Source: Monocercomonoides exilis PA203 (taxonomy: Eukaryota > Protista > Preaxostyla). From it: a stretch of DNA of 64,000 nt. The translations under genes were made by a program, and so were the position numbers. The notes beneath the pieces were generated by a model. That model was not told the origin of the DNA and ran no database searches. It saw nothing but the letters and a program-made list of their open reading frames with translations. This document shows positions 25,101 through 36,326 of this stretch, piece after piece. The stretch covers positions 930,001 to 994,000 of the forward strand of contig LSRY02000039.1 in NCBI GenBank assembly GCA_001643675.2, read 5' to 3'. Position 1 is the first letter of the stretch, and each line of letters begins with the position of its first letter.

Positions 25101-28100
25101 ATCACTGAAAAAGATAACTCGGTTGTTGGACATGATAGAACAGAATCATTCGGTGATTGGGATGTCGACTTATTCATATTCTTCGATGGATTCTGTGATG
25201 ATGCAATATTTGTCGATGGAATATCTGGAGTCGAAGAGGTGTATTGTGGATTGGAGAAAGCACCATGCTTGAATGTGAATTTTGGGATGGGGCGTTTGAA
25301 GAGAACACAGAATATTAAACAAGAAATTGTTTTGTGCTCAAAATCGACTGTGAAAGGGTGTTTGGATGTGGGAGGGATGTGCATGAAGGCTAAAGGTGAG
25401 ACAATTGTGGAGATAGAATGCCAAAGAGAAGTGAGCAGCCTTGAAGAATGTGTTCTAAAGTCATCATCACTGACAGAAATGAAGTGTATTGAAATTGTTG
25501 TCCCCTCGAGTTTTAACAGAACAATCGAATCAGTGATCGAATCGAGCACTCGAAAAGGGGAATTGTTCATGAAGAATTGTGAGATGAGTGTGATTGGAGG
25601 GAAGCAAAACACAATTGCATTTTTCTTGATCAAATCGACAGGAAAGATGGTTGAGCTGGACTCTGTCACGATATCAGATGTGAAATCATCAGTCACACTG
25701 TTTTCATTTTCTCTTTTATCCACAAATGTGAATGAACATGAATACAAAGTGAAACTGTTGAATTGCACGATGGAAGAATGCAGTTTGGATGACTCCTTAT
25801 TTGGTGAATCTTTGTTGATGATGTCTTCTTCTGTTTTGTTTGAAAGCAACAACTTTTCAAACATTATGAACACTGGAAGCGGTGGAGAAGGAGGAGTTGC
25901 AAAAGTAATGTTACAAGGAAATGAAGAATTTGTGATGAAAACAACAAATGCATCATCTTGCTCACTTTCATCAGACAATGGAAAAGGAGGATTCTTGTAT
26001 CTGGATTGTCAAAATTGTTTGAATGAAAACCCATTTGTTTTTGATATTGGAATAACTTTTGAGAACAACAAAGCAGCCATTGGAAAGAATGTGTTCATTT
26101 TGGGAAAGGATTTCAACAGTTCTGTGACAAATGAGTCATTCAACTTCAATTACTCTTCAATGACAAATGATGGAAATTTGTTTGTTGGAAGTGATAATTT
26201 TCATTCAAACAAAGATTTGTTCATGTTTTTGATTACATACAGCTCGTTTGAGATATTTATCTCATCAGATGGATTTGATGTTGCAAGATGTGGAAGTGAG
26301 GAAGAACCATGTTTCACAATGTGGAAAGGGATGGATAATATGAAAAAGGGAGATGAAATGAAAACAATTCAGATTAAAGGATCAGCTATCATTCGAGATT
26401 CATTCAACATGTCCAATAATCGGATCAAAAAGGATACGAAGATGGGAGAAGAAGATACAAAAGCAATATTGAATTTTGAAAAGTCAATTGGAAATCAACT
26501 GGTATATTTTATGGAAAATGATGTTAATCTTGAATTGTCCAACATCCAACTTCAACTGACATCTGGATTTGACAACTCAGCCAAAGCAATTATTTCAAAT
26601 ATAAATGGAGATTTGGTGATAACTGGATGCTCATTCCATTCAGAGGCAGGAGTAAATAATGGATTAGATTGTGTATTTGTGGATGCGATTGGAGGAACTG
26701 TGGAGGTGAATGGTTTGCTGATGGAATCGTGCAATGTTGGAAACAGCATTTTTGCAATTAACAATGCTGGAGTTTCTTGTCATTTCTTGAATGTTCGAGT
26801 GGAGTTGTTGAATGAAAGTGGAGGATGCATTTTATCAATCAAGAAATCTGAACAAGGATTGAAGATTAATGAAGGAGTAAATGAAGAATGTATAAATATT
26901 GAGATTGAGAAATCATCATTTTCAGGAGTAAAGAGAAGTGGCAATGGAGCGAGTATTTTGGAGTCGAAGAGTGAGAAAAGGATTTGTTTGGTTGTGAATG
27001 GGAGCAACATAACAGAAGACAAGGCAGAAATGAGTGAAAAAGGAGGGGTATTATTCTTTTCATTGGACAGCTCTGGATCAATGAAGATGATTGACTCAAC
27101 AATTAGTCATTGCAGCTGTAGCAACAGCATGGGGAAAGGAGGAGGAGTTTATTTGGCAACAAAGGAAGCAGGGTTTCTTGATTTCACATTTACGGAAATG
27201 AAGTTCAGTGCAAACACAGCAAAGACGGGAAATGATATTTTCATTGAGTGTTTCAACATCACATCACAGATTAATGAAAGCCAATTTCAGTTTGATCTTC
27301 GAGAGAATCATTATTCACGAATTAATGCAATATTTGGAAGAGATTTCTGTGATTTCCCAAGTGATACAGATCTGATTAATTTTGTGACGATTCATCAGAG
27401 TGACACGATCATTGTTTGCAGTGTGAATGGATCGAATGAAAAGCAATGTGGAACAAACACCCTTCCGTGCTATTCGATTAATCATGGGCTGATACATCTG
27501 ACTTCTGATTTCATGAGTCAAGTTATTGTTGTTAAAGAAGGTGCAATAGGAGGAGAATTAGATCTGAAGGAAATGAGTTTGAGCTCGAAGAGCGGAGAAA
27601 TGAGCAAAGTTGAAGTGAAATCAGGAATTTCAAGAACAAGAGAGATATTGATGAAAACAACAGGAACAGTTTCATTGCTAAGACTGAGTTTTGCGTTTGA
27701 TGCAGATTTCATTTCTTCACATGAATCGTTGATATCTCCAGATAAAGGGATTCTTGAGGTGATGAATTGTTCATTCACAACAAAACAATTAATCGAAGAA
27801 GGAAATGCAGCTGTTGCAAACATTCCATTTCACATTATCAATTTGGAAAAAGGAGAATTACAACTTGATGGATGCTCAATATCAAATCTCATTCTTCAAA
27901 AATCTGCATTATATCTTTCTTCACCACTTCCATCAGTCGTTGATTCGTTAACGATTTGCAATTCAACAATTGCAACTTCTCTTATAGATATTAATGAATG
28001 CGGTCAAATAACAATCAAGGATTTCAAAACAGAAAATATCACAGTTGAAGGAAATGAAGAATCATTGATATCTTGCTTTTCACTGAAAAAGACAGTGCAA

Positions 28101-30209
28101 TTGACAAATTGCACAACGGGTGGAGTCAGTACAAACAAAGCAAAAGGGAAATTAATGAAAGTGGAGAATAGTTTGGATATGAAAATGGATAGTTGCACTT
28201 TTGATGGGAGTTCAAATAAAAGAAACAAGAAGAATTCAAATGAGGAAGAAGAGATGTGCAGATGGAATGGATGTCTTGTGAATGCTGTGAAGAGTTCTGT
28301 GATGATGAAAGATACAACAATAACCAATTCACCAAAAGGTGGAATAACAATGAGTGGAGGGGAATTGACTGTTTATGATGGAAGATTTGAGAACAATAAT
28401 CCATCAATTGAAGGATATCCATCACTGAGAAGAAACATCATTTGTTCAGATTCAGGAACATTGAATGTGATGAGTTTGAAAGGAGGAGACGGAGTTTTAC
28501 CAAATTCATCACTTTGGATGTTGAATGATGGGTGCAGTTTTGAAGGGATTGCTTCAGAAAGGGATTCATCATTCTTCATTCCTGTTCTGGAGAGTGTGAA
28601 AGCAAAAGAAGAGACAAACAGAATGAAGCTGACATTCAAAGGAATGCTTCTTATTCCATGCAATCTGTCATTCTCAGTTGTGAAGAGGAAGGGAGATGAA
28701 AAAGAAATTGAAGATTATAATTTTGATTCAAATGGGTTTTTATCAGAAAGAGAAGTGGAAGGAAGTGTGGGAAAAGATCTCATCAGCAGTTGTGGAAATG
28801 AAATTGAAGTGAGTATATTTATTTTGTTTGGGAATGCAGAATCTCTTTCGTCAACAAATTCATTCATTCTGAAGAACAAAACAGAATCGAAGACTGGAAA
28901 TGATAATTTGGCTGAAGGAGGAAAAGAAGGAAAATTATCATGGGCATTGATTGTGATTGTGATATTTGCAATGCTGTTTCTGATTGCTTTGATTGGATTT
29001 ATTTTGTTTGCAATAAGATGGAGAAAAGTGAAGAATGAAGCAGAAGATCTGAGAGAAATTGTGAATGATAACATCAAAAAAGATTCGAAGCTGATTGAGA
29101 TGATGACGATGGAGATGTCTCCCGAGGATCAGTGGAGAAGGGCAGAGAAGGAGGCAGAGAAGAAGAATGAAGAAAGAATAAAGAAGAGAATATGTGAGAA
29201 AAGCTTGGGACATTCAGAGTCATCGGAGCATCTTCCCTCTGAGAGCGGATCTACTGAATATATCCTTGGAAGAGATTCAGACAAGATCCCTCAATGGGTA
29301 TTGGAGAAGGTTGATGAGAAGGATGAAGAAGAAGAAACGAGAAAACGAACACCATCTCCATCCATATCATCCACTTCAACAACCGATTCAGATTCGACAT
29401 TTGTTCGGGGAGAAGATCTGTGCCCAACCACATCATCCATGTCGAATCTGGTGGATGCGATGGCCTGTTCATCGCCTCACGAGAAGCTGATTGTGGACTT
29501 GAGAGATTCATTGTTTATGTTGCTTCATGGAAGGAATGAGAAGAAAGAGATGGCGATTGGAACTCTTGTAGAGAGGGAGCAGACAGCTGCCCAGATCTTG
29601 TTCTGGGTGGCGAATGTAGCACTTCATTCGTTTGAAGATGAAGAAGATGAAATTCCATCATTGGCCAATCTGAGCCCCCACATTGTGTTGTTCTCAGAAC
29701 ACATGGTTATCTGTATTGCCCTCCACTCCGACTGTTCATCAGACTCAGATTCTTCGTCCATATCATCCAATGTAACTGTTGTTTCATCTGCAAGTGATGA
29801 TGATGACGATGAAGACTCTCTGCCCTCATCTGCCTTTGAAGATGAGGATGACTTCAAAAAAGAGTGTTTGCGATGGAAGGCACCTGAATTGTTGATCAAC
29901 AAGAAGATGGGAGCAACAGAAAAAACAGTTTCATTCTCGATTGGGATGATGCTGTGGGAATGTTTGACACTGAAGATTCCATTTGGGGAGTGTGAGGCAG
30001 AGGTGGCAGGGCAGAAGATTGTAAATGGAGAGATGCCGGAGATGGGGGAAACGGGATCAGAGGCTTTAAGGGAGTTGGGAAATCGATGTCTGTGTGTGCA
30101 GTGGGAAGAGAGGCCGAGTCTTCGAAGTGTGAAGCGAGAATTGATTGGGCATTGTGGAAGTTGCTCGACAATGATGACAGCGACAGATGCGATTGATTTT
30201 GATTATTGA
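22134..30209 (+). CDS. Giant type-I membrane protein: signal peptide, beta-helix/Pmp-like ectodomain, TM helix, degenerate tyrosine-kinase-like domain
   Basis: 2691-aa uninterrupted ORF with a hydrophobic N-terminus, GGA(I/L/V) and FxxN motifs, four CGxxxxPC-type modules and a TM helix WALIVIVIFAMLFLIALIGFILFAI (~28941-29015). Kinase C-lobe motifs RWKAPEL, FSIGMMLWECLTLKIPF and ERPS are present; no GxGxxG, HRD or DFG is visible. Confidence 0.88.
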   Translation: MKAVFCICALIMFGANCRNMEDIAERQIQQKMNEEMQKDLINVADKNYDYNINFYNSMAKVIKPAGNCICCIQTTLKIINTSLCVNHLDIIPFAGCPLLTVQHHSAATIISSTCQVNPATKSPLFLSAHASLSLTNFSLTTPQPAIFSFPLFSTPNNLLPHAHSPILASFSISHSSFSSFISLVQPFLFSPSSLSSPSPSPSPSLSPFPSSSSSSSPSPSPSSSPSSSTSFSSPSSSTSPLHIHHQSHPHLQIHLNLYLSNTLFSNISSPQSPLSLPSLPSHSLNPLTSTASSSSSISTNTNFNSTPSFSLRSSLSIHSSIFLHTFNPIDGAILPSLNSPSTSLSAFNTSFLHQARSSSIDVVRYNGSETQKLKLERMSSFNLNSYLFEWCEWNDSNGISSSGGALCIVCENANLAITSCSFNKCLTDDHGGAIYCESLLNISFTKSNFTNCSAAHGGAVHMRHPQSNSIWTLSENRVEGCSITSWCGTCFYFWLNNMTSDCQFLFSKCKCIANSGVDSAGALTFYYPPGSRPNQFLVNDCQFLNNRLENPSSYGGAGLCCARTSSWMSEIKFISFCFFEGNAATSGRGNDVFFSGNSITQSPFENCGSTTPTKRVWNAGTADSDEFNSWLPLIAQNRIVSSNGADVDGCGRIQQSPCSTIEYALYGFDFFKEASLILLSSTFVPSQTLVFSAVDTKITGNGTTATTIASSGIPQQPNSHSQSSQSASSFSSYSSFSSASSSPDPSASSALFQQTQGSLTVSALAISHNSSNQITPILFHLSNNSPSLNLNTTTITGTTSITIKTPLFFLIAGSLALNHTAITSLTLNSQSIFHLTSLTAPLALNSSNITHITSTATPTSCILSSATSPTLSLSLANCTITNINSEQLSQQTSTNGGCISFASSASANSFSVSNTAFSSCSVCEDTSSGGRGGALMIEYKDDSEVSASSFSMTNVVFSANKASVGRDVYFVCESLVASVKEPFFAFMRSITEKDNSVVGHDRTESFGDWDVDLFIFFDGFCDDAIFVDGISGVEEVYCGLEKAPCLNVNFGMGRLKRTQNIKQEIVLCSKSTVKGCLDVGGMCMKAKGETIVEIECQREVSSLEECVLKSSSLTEMKCIEIVVPSSFNRTIESVIESSTRKGELFMKNCEMSVIGGKQNTIAFFLIKSTGKMVELDSVTISDVKSSVTLFSFSLLSTNVNEHEYKVKLLNCTMEECSLDDSLFGESLLMMSSSVLFESNNFSNIMNTGSGGEGGVAKVMLQGNEEFVMKTTNASSCSLSSDNGKGGFLYLDCQNCLNENPFVFDIGITFENNKAAIGKNVFILGKDFNSSVTNESFNFNYSSMTNDGNLFVGSDNFHSNKDLFMFLITYSSFEIFISSDGFDVARCGSEEEPCFTMWKGMDNMKKGDEMKTIQIKGSAIIRDSFNMSNNRIKKDTKMGEEDTKAILNFEKSIGNQLVYFMENDVNLELSNIQLQLTSGFDNSAKAIISNINGDLVITGCSFHSEAGVNNGLDCVFVDAIGGTVEVNGLLMESCNVGNSIFAINNAGVSCHFLNVRVELLNESGGCILSIKKSEQGLKINEGVNEECINIEIEKSSFSGVKRSGNGASILESKSEKRICLVVNGSNITEDKAEMSEKGGVLFFSLDSSGSMKMIDSTISHCSCSNSMGKGGGVYLATKEAGFLDFTFTEMKFSANTAKTGNDIFIECFNITSQINESQFQFDLRENHYSRINAIFGRDFCDFPSDTDLINFVTIHQSDTIIVCSVNGSNEKQCGTNTLPCYSINHGLIHLTSDFMSQVIVVKEGAIGGELDLKEMSLSSKSGEMSKVEVKSGISRTREILMKTTGTVSLLRLSFAFDADFISSHESLISPDKGILEVMNCSFTTKQLIEEGNAAVANIPFHIINLEKGELQLDGCSISNLILQKSALYLSSPLPSVVDSLTICNSTIATSLIDINECGQITIKDFKTENITVEGNEESLISCFSLKKTVQLTNCTTGGVSTNKAKGKLMKVENSLDMKMDSCTFDGSSNKRNKKNSNEEEEMCRWNGCLVNAVKSSVMMKDTTITNSPKGGITMSGGELTVYDGRFENNNPSIEGYPSLRRNIICSDSGTLNVMSLKGGDGVLPNSSLWMLNDGCSFEGIASERDSSFFIPVLESVKAKEETNRMKLTFKGMLLIPCNLSFSVVKRKGDEKEIEDYNFDSNGFLSEREVEGSVGKDLISSCGNEIEVSIFILFGNAESLSSTNSFILKNKTESKTGNDNLAEGGKEGKLSWALIVIVIFAMLFLIALIGFILFAIRWRKVKNEAEDLREIVNDNIKKDSKLIEMMTMEMSPEDQWRRAEKEAEKKNEERIKKRICEKSLGHSESSEHLPSESGSTEYILGRDSDKIPQWVLEKVDEKDEEEETRKRTPSPSISSTSTTDSDSTFVRGEDLCPTTSSMSNLVDAMACSSPHEKLIVDLRDSLFMLLHGRNEKKEMAIGTLVEREQTAAQILFWVANVALHSFEDEEDEIPSLANLSPHIVLFSEHMVICIALHSDCSSDSDSSSISSNVTVVSSASDDDDDEDSLPSSAFEDEDDFKKECLRWKAPELLINKKMGATEKTVSFSIGMMLWECLTLKIPFGECEAEVAGQKIVNGEMPEMGETGSEALRELGNRCLCVQWEERPSLRSVKRELIGHCGSCSTMMTATDAIDFDY

Positions 30210-31440
30210 AACATTAAAGGAGAGAGTTTGGTGAGACAATTCAGAGACGAGGAGTAAATATTGTTGAAATGATTGTCTGCGTTTGTGAATAAGCGAGAAA
30301 GGAGAACAAATACAGGATTCCGAGCAAACGCTTGTGCTGAACTTTGTTTTAGTGTTGAATGCTGAATGAAGTTTGTGAAAGAGCTTCAACTTCAAAAAGT
30401 GATTCCTTTGCAAAAATATTCACCTTATTTTCTCACAAAAGAGAAAAGAAAAAAATATTAGAAAAAATGAAGTTGATTTATGATTCATGAATGGAAAGAG
30501 CGATTTTCGAATCGCGAGTCTTTTGTGGCTGGATGATTGGTACAATGGATTTGTTTTGCTGTTAATGCATTTCATTTGAGTTTGTATGTATTTCACCTCA
30601 AAAAACAAAATTATTATTTTTGAATTTTTTGCGTGTTTGGAGTTGTATTTTGTTTGTGTTTGTGTATATGTATGTATTTTTTTCCAGATATGTTTTCCAT
30701 GCAGATTATGTTGTTCTTGAGTGAAAAATTCAGTCAATATGTTTGAAATATGTATTTTCGTGTCTATATGCTGTTTTTCAATGTTGGTGATCATTTCCAG
30801 AATGCTTCTTCTTTGTTTTCTTTCAAACATAAATAGTTAATGCATGATTTTCTATTTTGCAGATGTGCAATTTCCCACATTCATTCAATGAATATGTGAA
30901 ACATTGCAATCTATTTTTTTTATTGCTGAGCGTCAGCTTGTTCAAGAATCTTTGAGTGCTTCTCAATGCATTTCGTTGTGCATGTGTGACATAATGCAAA
31001 ATTTGATTTTTTGAAGTCGCAGTTGACTGTTTAAATTGTGGTGAATATTTCGCTCACTGTTTGTATTTATCCCTTTGTATGTTTCATTTCTCTATGAAAT
31101 TCTCGTTTATGAAACAAAATGAATATAAATTCCTTCTTAACGTATTTATTTTCAGTGATAAAGATCGAAATAAAGAAAATATTCAATGAGGAAAAGAACA
31201 AATTTGGATCTCAATCTTGATAAATGGAAATATCGAGAACAATTAGTTTTCTCTCTTTGTGGAAAACTTTCAGATAATTCAATGATAATTTAAAATATTT
31301 GCAAAAATATCTTGTTTCATCAAAGTTATTATTATAAGCATTTTTTGAATAACTGCAATCTCTTGAATGTTTCTTTATTCATAAAGCAAAAATAAACAAA
31401 TGTGAAAGCCACAATCTCTTGTTTATTATGATTATATGCA

Positions 31441-31505
31441 AAAAGAAAGAAAGAAAGAAAGAAAGAAAAGAAAAGAAAAGAAAAGAAAAGAAAAGAAAAA
31501 GAAAA
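31441..31505. repeat. (AAAG)n/(AAAAG)n microsatellite
   Basis: Directly visible tandem repeats. Confidence 0.9.
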
Positions 31506-32399
31506 AGATAAATAGAAAAAAAGAAAATTTATCCACTCTGATATTAAGAAATTAAATATTCACTTGCAAAAATTTAATGATTATCAATTGTCATCATAGT
31601 CCTTTGTTCGAGACTGAAATTTCAAAAAAGTCATTTCTAATGTAAGGAAATCGATAGGTGAAAAATAAAAAATTCTCAGAATTTTCACTTTTGTTTTCGC
31701 ATCCCTCTTAAAGAAGATCAACAAGTTTTTGAGAGAAAAGATGTTTCATTTTTTACATTAGGTTTGAATGTTGTTTTTCATGAAAATTGATAAGGAGAGA
31801 GAATCATTCAAATAAGTTTTTTGAAAAATTGATATTTGAAAATCAGATTACTCTTTATGTTGAAATTATCTTCTTTGTCAATCTTTTTGATTCAATTCAA
31901 AACAGTCAAAAGCAAATTTCAGATAATCTGGTTAAAACTCATATATGCAATGATATGAAAAAGAGTTATAAACGAAATAAGAAAAAACAATGACATATTA
32001 TTCATGAAACTTGTATAAGCATTTTTAAATGCTCAGATTTCTTATAAAAAACAGATAAGAAAAATGTTCGGATTTTTTGAAATAAAAATAAAAAACAAAC
32101 AAACAAATAAATAAATAAATAAATAAATAAATCATTTCAATAATGAATTCATATTCAAAAAGAATCATCACAAAACATGAAAAAACAGAAAAACAGAAAA
32201 AATAACTCAAAAAATTTGTTTTCCTTTCGAAATTTATCTCTATAGCTCTTGTTTCACCAATTATATTTCAAATGCAAATAAAAAACAAATAAAGAACTCT
32301 GGGCATTAAAGCCAACAATAAACAAAGTACATCCATTGAACAAATGCATATTGTGAACTTAACTTCAATAAACTTTTAAATTTCTCATTGCTCAATGAT

Positions 32400-33856
32400 T
32401 TATAAATTTACAAAAAATTCAGCAGGATCCATATTCAAGTCTTCTGAGAAAATGTCACTGAGTAATAGTTCATTCATTTCGGTGAGTGTGTCTTCAAAAC
32501 CTTCTTCTTCCAACTTGACATGAACTTCTCTTTTTTTCTGTTTCCATTTAACCTGCTCATTTTTTGAATCCATATTTTCTTTTAATCTTTTTGTGAGACA
32601 TTGAAAGAAAATCAGACAGTTATCTGTTGTTTCATCTTTCAATGTTGCGAGCTGAATGTCCTCCAAAATTAAATTTATTGCCCCTCCACTTAATAATAAT
32701 CCAACTGACTCGAATGAGCGAAAATGTACCATGCTTTGAAATGTTTCAATAAATCCATTCGTGATCTCTTGATAATTGTCTTTTGCCAATCTGCACAATT
32801 TAGTCAAACATGATACGAGAACAGTATTTTCTTCTTTATGCAATTCAAACCCCAAAAAGAATGTATCAATTGTCTGACGCCATCTCAAAATCAAATATTT
32901 TTTTTCTTCATCTTGCTCGGTCTTCTTCCAGTCCATGTCCATCATCAGTCCTTCCAATTCTTGTGTTGTTTCACCAACAAAATGGAGATCATTTAAAATA
33001 ACATTCCTCAACCTTCTGTCATATTTGACTCTGTTGAGGAAAAATTCCAAGCAAGATTGATAACCAAGACGAGTCAGATTGTGATGCTCCTGATGATGCT
33101 TCACAAGTTCCACAATCGTCTCCGAATACAACTCTTTCTTCAATGACTGTTCAAATAAGAATTACATAAAAATTTTCAAAACAAAAATGAAAGAAAAGAA
33201 AAGAAATCTGCTCACACAAAAGACTGATCAAAGCAGCTCAAAGCCAACAAAGCCATTTCAACTTCAGTTTTTGCTTTTTCGGTTTCATCCTTGTTGGATG
33301 AAACCTTCAAAAGGCAAGACAAACAAATTGATACCAACTCTTCTGACCTATCAAAACAAAATCCATGAAAATAAAGGAAACTTTCGCATAAATCCACCAA
33401 AAGCGATTCATTCTTCTTTTCTTTTTTATTCTCTTCATCAACAATCGATTTTTTGAATCTTGCACATAACGAGGAATCTTCAAAACTTGAATTCCCGATT
33501 CGCATCAATACCATGTTATATCCGATATTTCTCAATAGTAAAGATGCATTCTCCAATGATAACTTCTTTCTTTCAGTCAGGCTTTCGATATCTTTTAGTA
33601 ATCTGGTGGTGCATATCAGTGACAAATAATAATTGCCTGAATTGTCAATCAATTCCATCATTTCTTCAATCAATGGCTGTTGCTCATCAGGATCACAAAA
33701 TTCAAGTCGACTGATAGCGACTTTTCAAAAGAAATGAGAATACGTTTTATGAAGCCAAGACTTATGTGTAAGAAATATGATCATACATGAAAATTTCTCT
33801 TTTGGCGACATTTTCGACAATTTGTCATCTGTTTTATTGAAATCACAATTCTCCAT
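32400..33856 (-). CDS. 'HQEHHNLT' family copy 2 (3 exons)
   Basis: ATG 33856 (MENCDF...EKFS); ORFs 33212..33673 and 32400..33143 with LLVDLCES, EVEMALLAL, HQEHHNLTRLGYQS, LEEEGFED; introns at the family-conserved positions. Confidence 0.8.
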
Positions 33857-34177
33857 AAAAATATTCCAAAGATAAAAATAAAGGATGTTCCACTTCTTTT
33901 GAATGAACAAAAACAGTGAACTTATAATGGCTAAATAATTTATTTCAAAAAGTTGAAATTATGGTAATCTCGGAATAAATTGTTTTTTATTTCACCGAGT
34001 ACAAAAAAGTTTAATTCGACAAACAAAACGTTATTATTATGTCGAAATATTTTTAAAATTTAAAAAAAAAACTTCATTTTTAATGAATTATTCTTATTTT
34101 TTATATTTATTTGCAGGATGTACCCATATTTTTAAAATATGCTATTCTCTCAGAAAATTTTGTTTTTTTTGTTAAAA

Positions 34178-34228
34178 AAAAATAAAAATAAAAATAAAAA
34201 TAAAAATAAAAAATAAAATAAAAAAAAA
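34178..34228. repeat. (AAAAAT)n-like A-rich microsatellite
   Basis: Directly visible. Confidence 0.8.
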
Positions 34229-35582
34229 TTGACATATGAATCAAAAAGGATATATGCAAATTTTGTTGTTAAGTTGTTTTTTTCAACGAAAGCTGGGAAT
34301 ATTTCTGAAGCTTATGATGGATGGAATGCACTGAAGGTTCAATTTTATTATTGTTCATAAAGAAATAATATGATTTGAAAAAAATCTCACTGAAAAAAAA
34401 TAAAGCACTCATTCATTTAATAACAGAATAGTCACAAAAAAATGTGGATTTTTTTGTTTGAGATGGAAAAGAAAAACAAATAAAATAATTTCTTATTTCC
34501 AAATTTGTTTCTGTTGATTCTCGGTTTCATGTGTTCAAAAATACTTTTCAAAGAAAAGCGTTTTTATTGATAGATGTGAAATGAATTGATGTGGTATGAA
34601 AGAAAATGGCGTAAAAATTCTAATCCTCCACTGTTCGATGTTTATCGCTGCCTTAAAAGCTGGATATGAAAAAAGACTTAATGAGCGTTTTTCAATTAAT
34701 AAATTCTTTAATAAAGTTGTAATGTATTTTGTTGATGATGTGGGACAAAATATTTGACTTCATGCTTTTTTATTGAAAAATTACACACTTTTCATTAACT
34801 TTTTGAGATCACAAATCTCAATAAAATTATTTCCATTTTTTGACATTCGTGAAGTGTCACCATGCTTAATGTTTTGATTTCTATGATTCCTGTTTAGAAA
34901 TTATTAAATCCGATTTATTTTGAAATCTGAGAGAGCGAAATAAAGATATGAACGAAGTTATTTTAATATGCCCTATGCAAAAAAAGCTTGAAAGTCCGTA
35001 TTTTCCCCCATGTGTTTTCAAAATATTGATTTGCTTCATGGGTTAATTTTTATGATCAAAAAATTAAAACAGGAAGAAATTGTTAGGGGAAATAATGAAT
35101 TAAAAGAACAGATGGTTTTTCGAATGTTGCTTTTTGTGGAAGAGTCTTGAAAAACTGAAAAGCGTGTAGATGGTGTATTAATGCAAGTTGGAAAGTCGTT
35201 AATCAATAAGTCGAATGTGGACATTTTTTTGAAAAAATAGCAGAAAAAAATTACAAAGCAAATGGAACAAACAATTTTTTTAAGTTGTAACAGGATGAAT
35301 TCGAAAACAAAAGGAGTGATGAATATTTTTGGAAATGTTCTTTTTTTTCATTCAAGTCTTGTTAATATTTTCTTTCAATAAAATGCTTTGGATGTGTATT
35401 TTTATTTTTGAATAGTCATTATTTTCGAATTCAAATTTTTTTTCAATTTTTGAACTGTTGTTGATAAAGCATCTGAGATTGTCATGATTTTGTTGTTTAA
35501 AAATATCGTGATTTTCTTTGTAAGTGGAATTTGCACTGCAGTTTTGAGTCTCCTTGTTCAAGTGAATAATTATATATATATA

Positions 35583-35840
35583 TAAGTGATTATTTTTGTA
35601 ATCATAATTTTTATTTGGGTGTTAATTTTTCAATGGTTTTTATTGTTTGGTTAAAAGGGTTTCACAAAAATGGTTCATCCATCGTGATTGTTTCAAAAAA
35701 AAGATTTTTTAAATGAAAGTGAGAAATAAATACTACAAATTGTGCCATAACTTATCGGTGTTTTATCATTAATATTCTTCGCACAATTTCGAACAGTATT
35801 TTTTTTTATGAAAGAATATGATTTCAAAAATAATCACCCA
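35583..35840. mobile_element. MITE family A, copy 2 (258 bp, diverged)
   Basis: TIRs GTGATTATTTTTGTAATCATA / TATGATTTCAAAAATAATCAC; internal sequence alignable by eye to 2473..2730; left end abuts a (TA)n tract. Confidence 0.75.
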
Positions 35841-35869
35841 AATATAAATATGGTTTGTTTGTTTGCTTG

Positions 35870-36199
35870 CTTGTTAAATCTCCAAAAAATGATTGAGAAA
35901 TTAGTAGCATTTGCTGAGATCATCCTAAACTTTTTGTTCTTTTCTTTTTATCTATATTCTTCAATAATCACTTTCTTGAATCTTTTGAGAAATTGGAAAT
36001 AAAAAAGTTCATTTTTTTCAGTGTCATAAATAAATTTCCAATAACCGATGAACTTCATCAATAAAACGATATTTTCCATCAATATGTTCATTTCTTCAAT
36101 CATTTCGTCTATTTTGTTGAGTAATTCTTTTGATAAAATGGACTTGAATTCTTCCTAATTCATTTCTTTGACTTGTTCATTCATAACGAGAATTTTGTG
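35870..36199 (-). pseudogene. Decayed fragment of the 'HQEHHNLT' family (exon 2)
   Basis: Manual translation KILVMNEQVKEMN*EEFKSILSKELLNKIDEMIEEMNILMENIVLLMKFIGYW...KRFKKVIIEEYR*KEKN matches the family; in-frame TAG and TAA, then a frameshift. Confidence 0.8.
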
Positions 36200-36326
36200 T
36201 TAGGTAATTAATTAATCCGAACATTTTTTATGTAGTTTGAATAAGAAACAAAATTTCCATATTTTTTTTATTGTTTTTGGGATATAACGAAAAGTTTGAA
36301 GTTGGAAATTTGGATTAATTACCTAA
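36200..36326. repeat. Inverted-repeat-bounded segment (possible MITE)
   Basis: Perfect 12-bp IR TTAGGTAATTAA ... TTAATTACCTAA; the left end coincides with the truncation point of the adjacent pseudogene. Confidence 0.45.
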
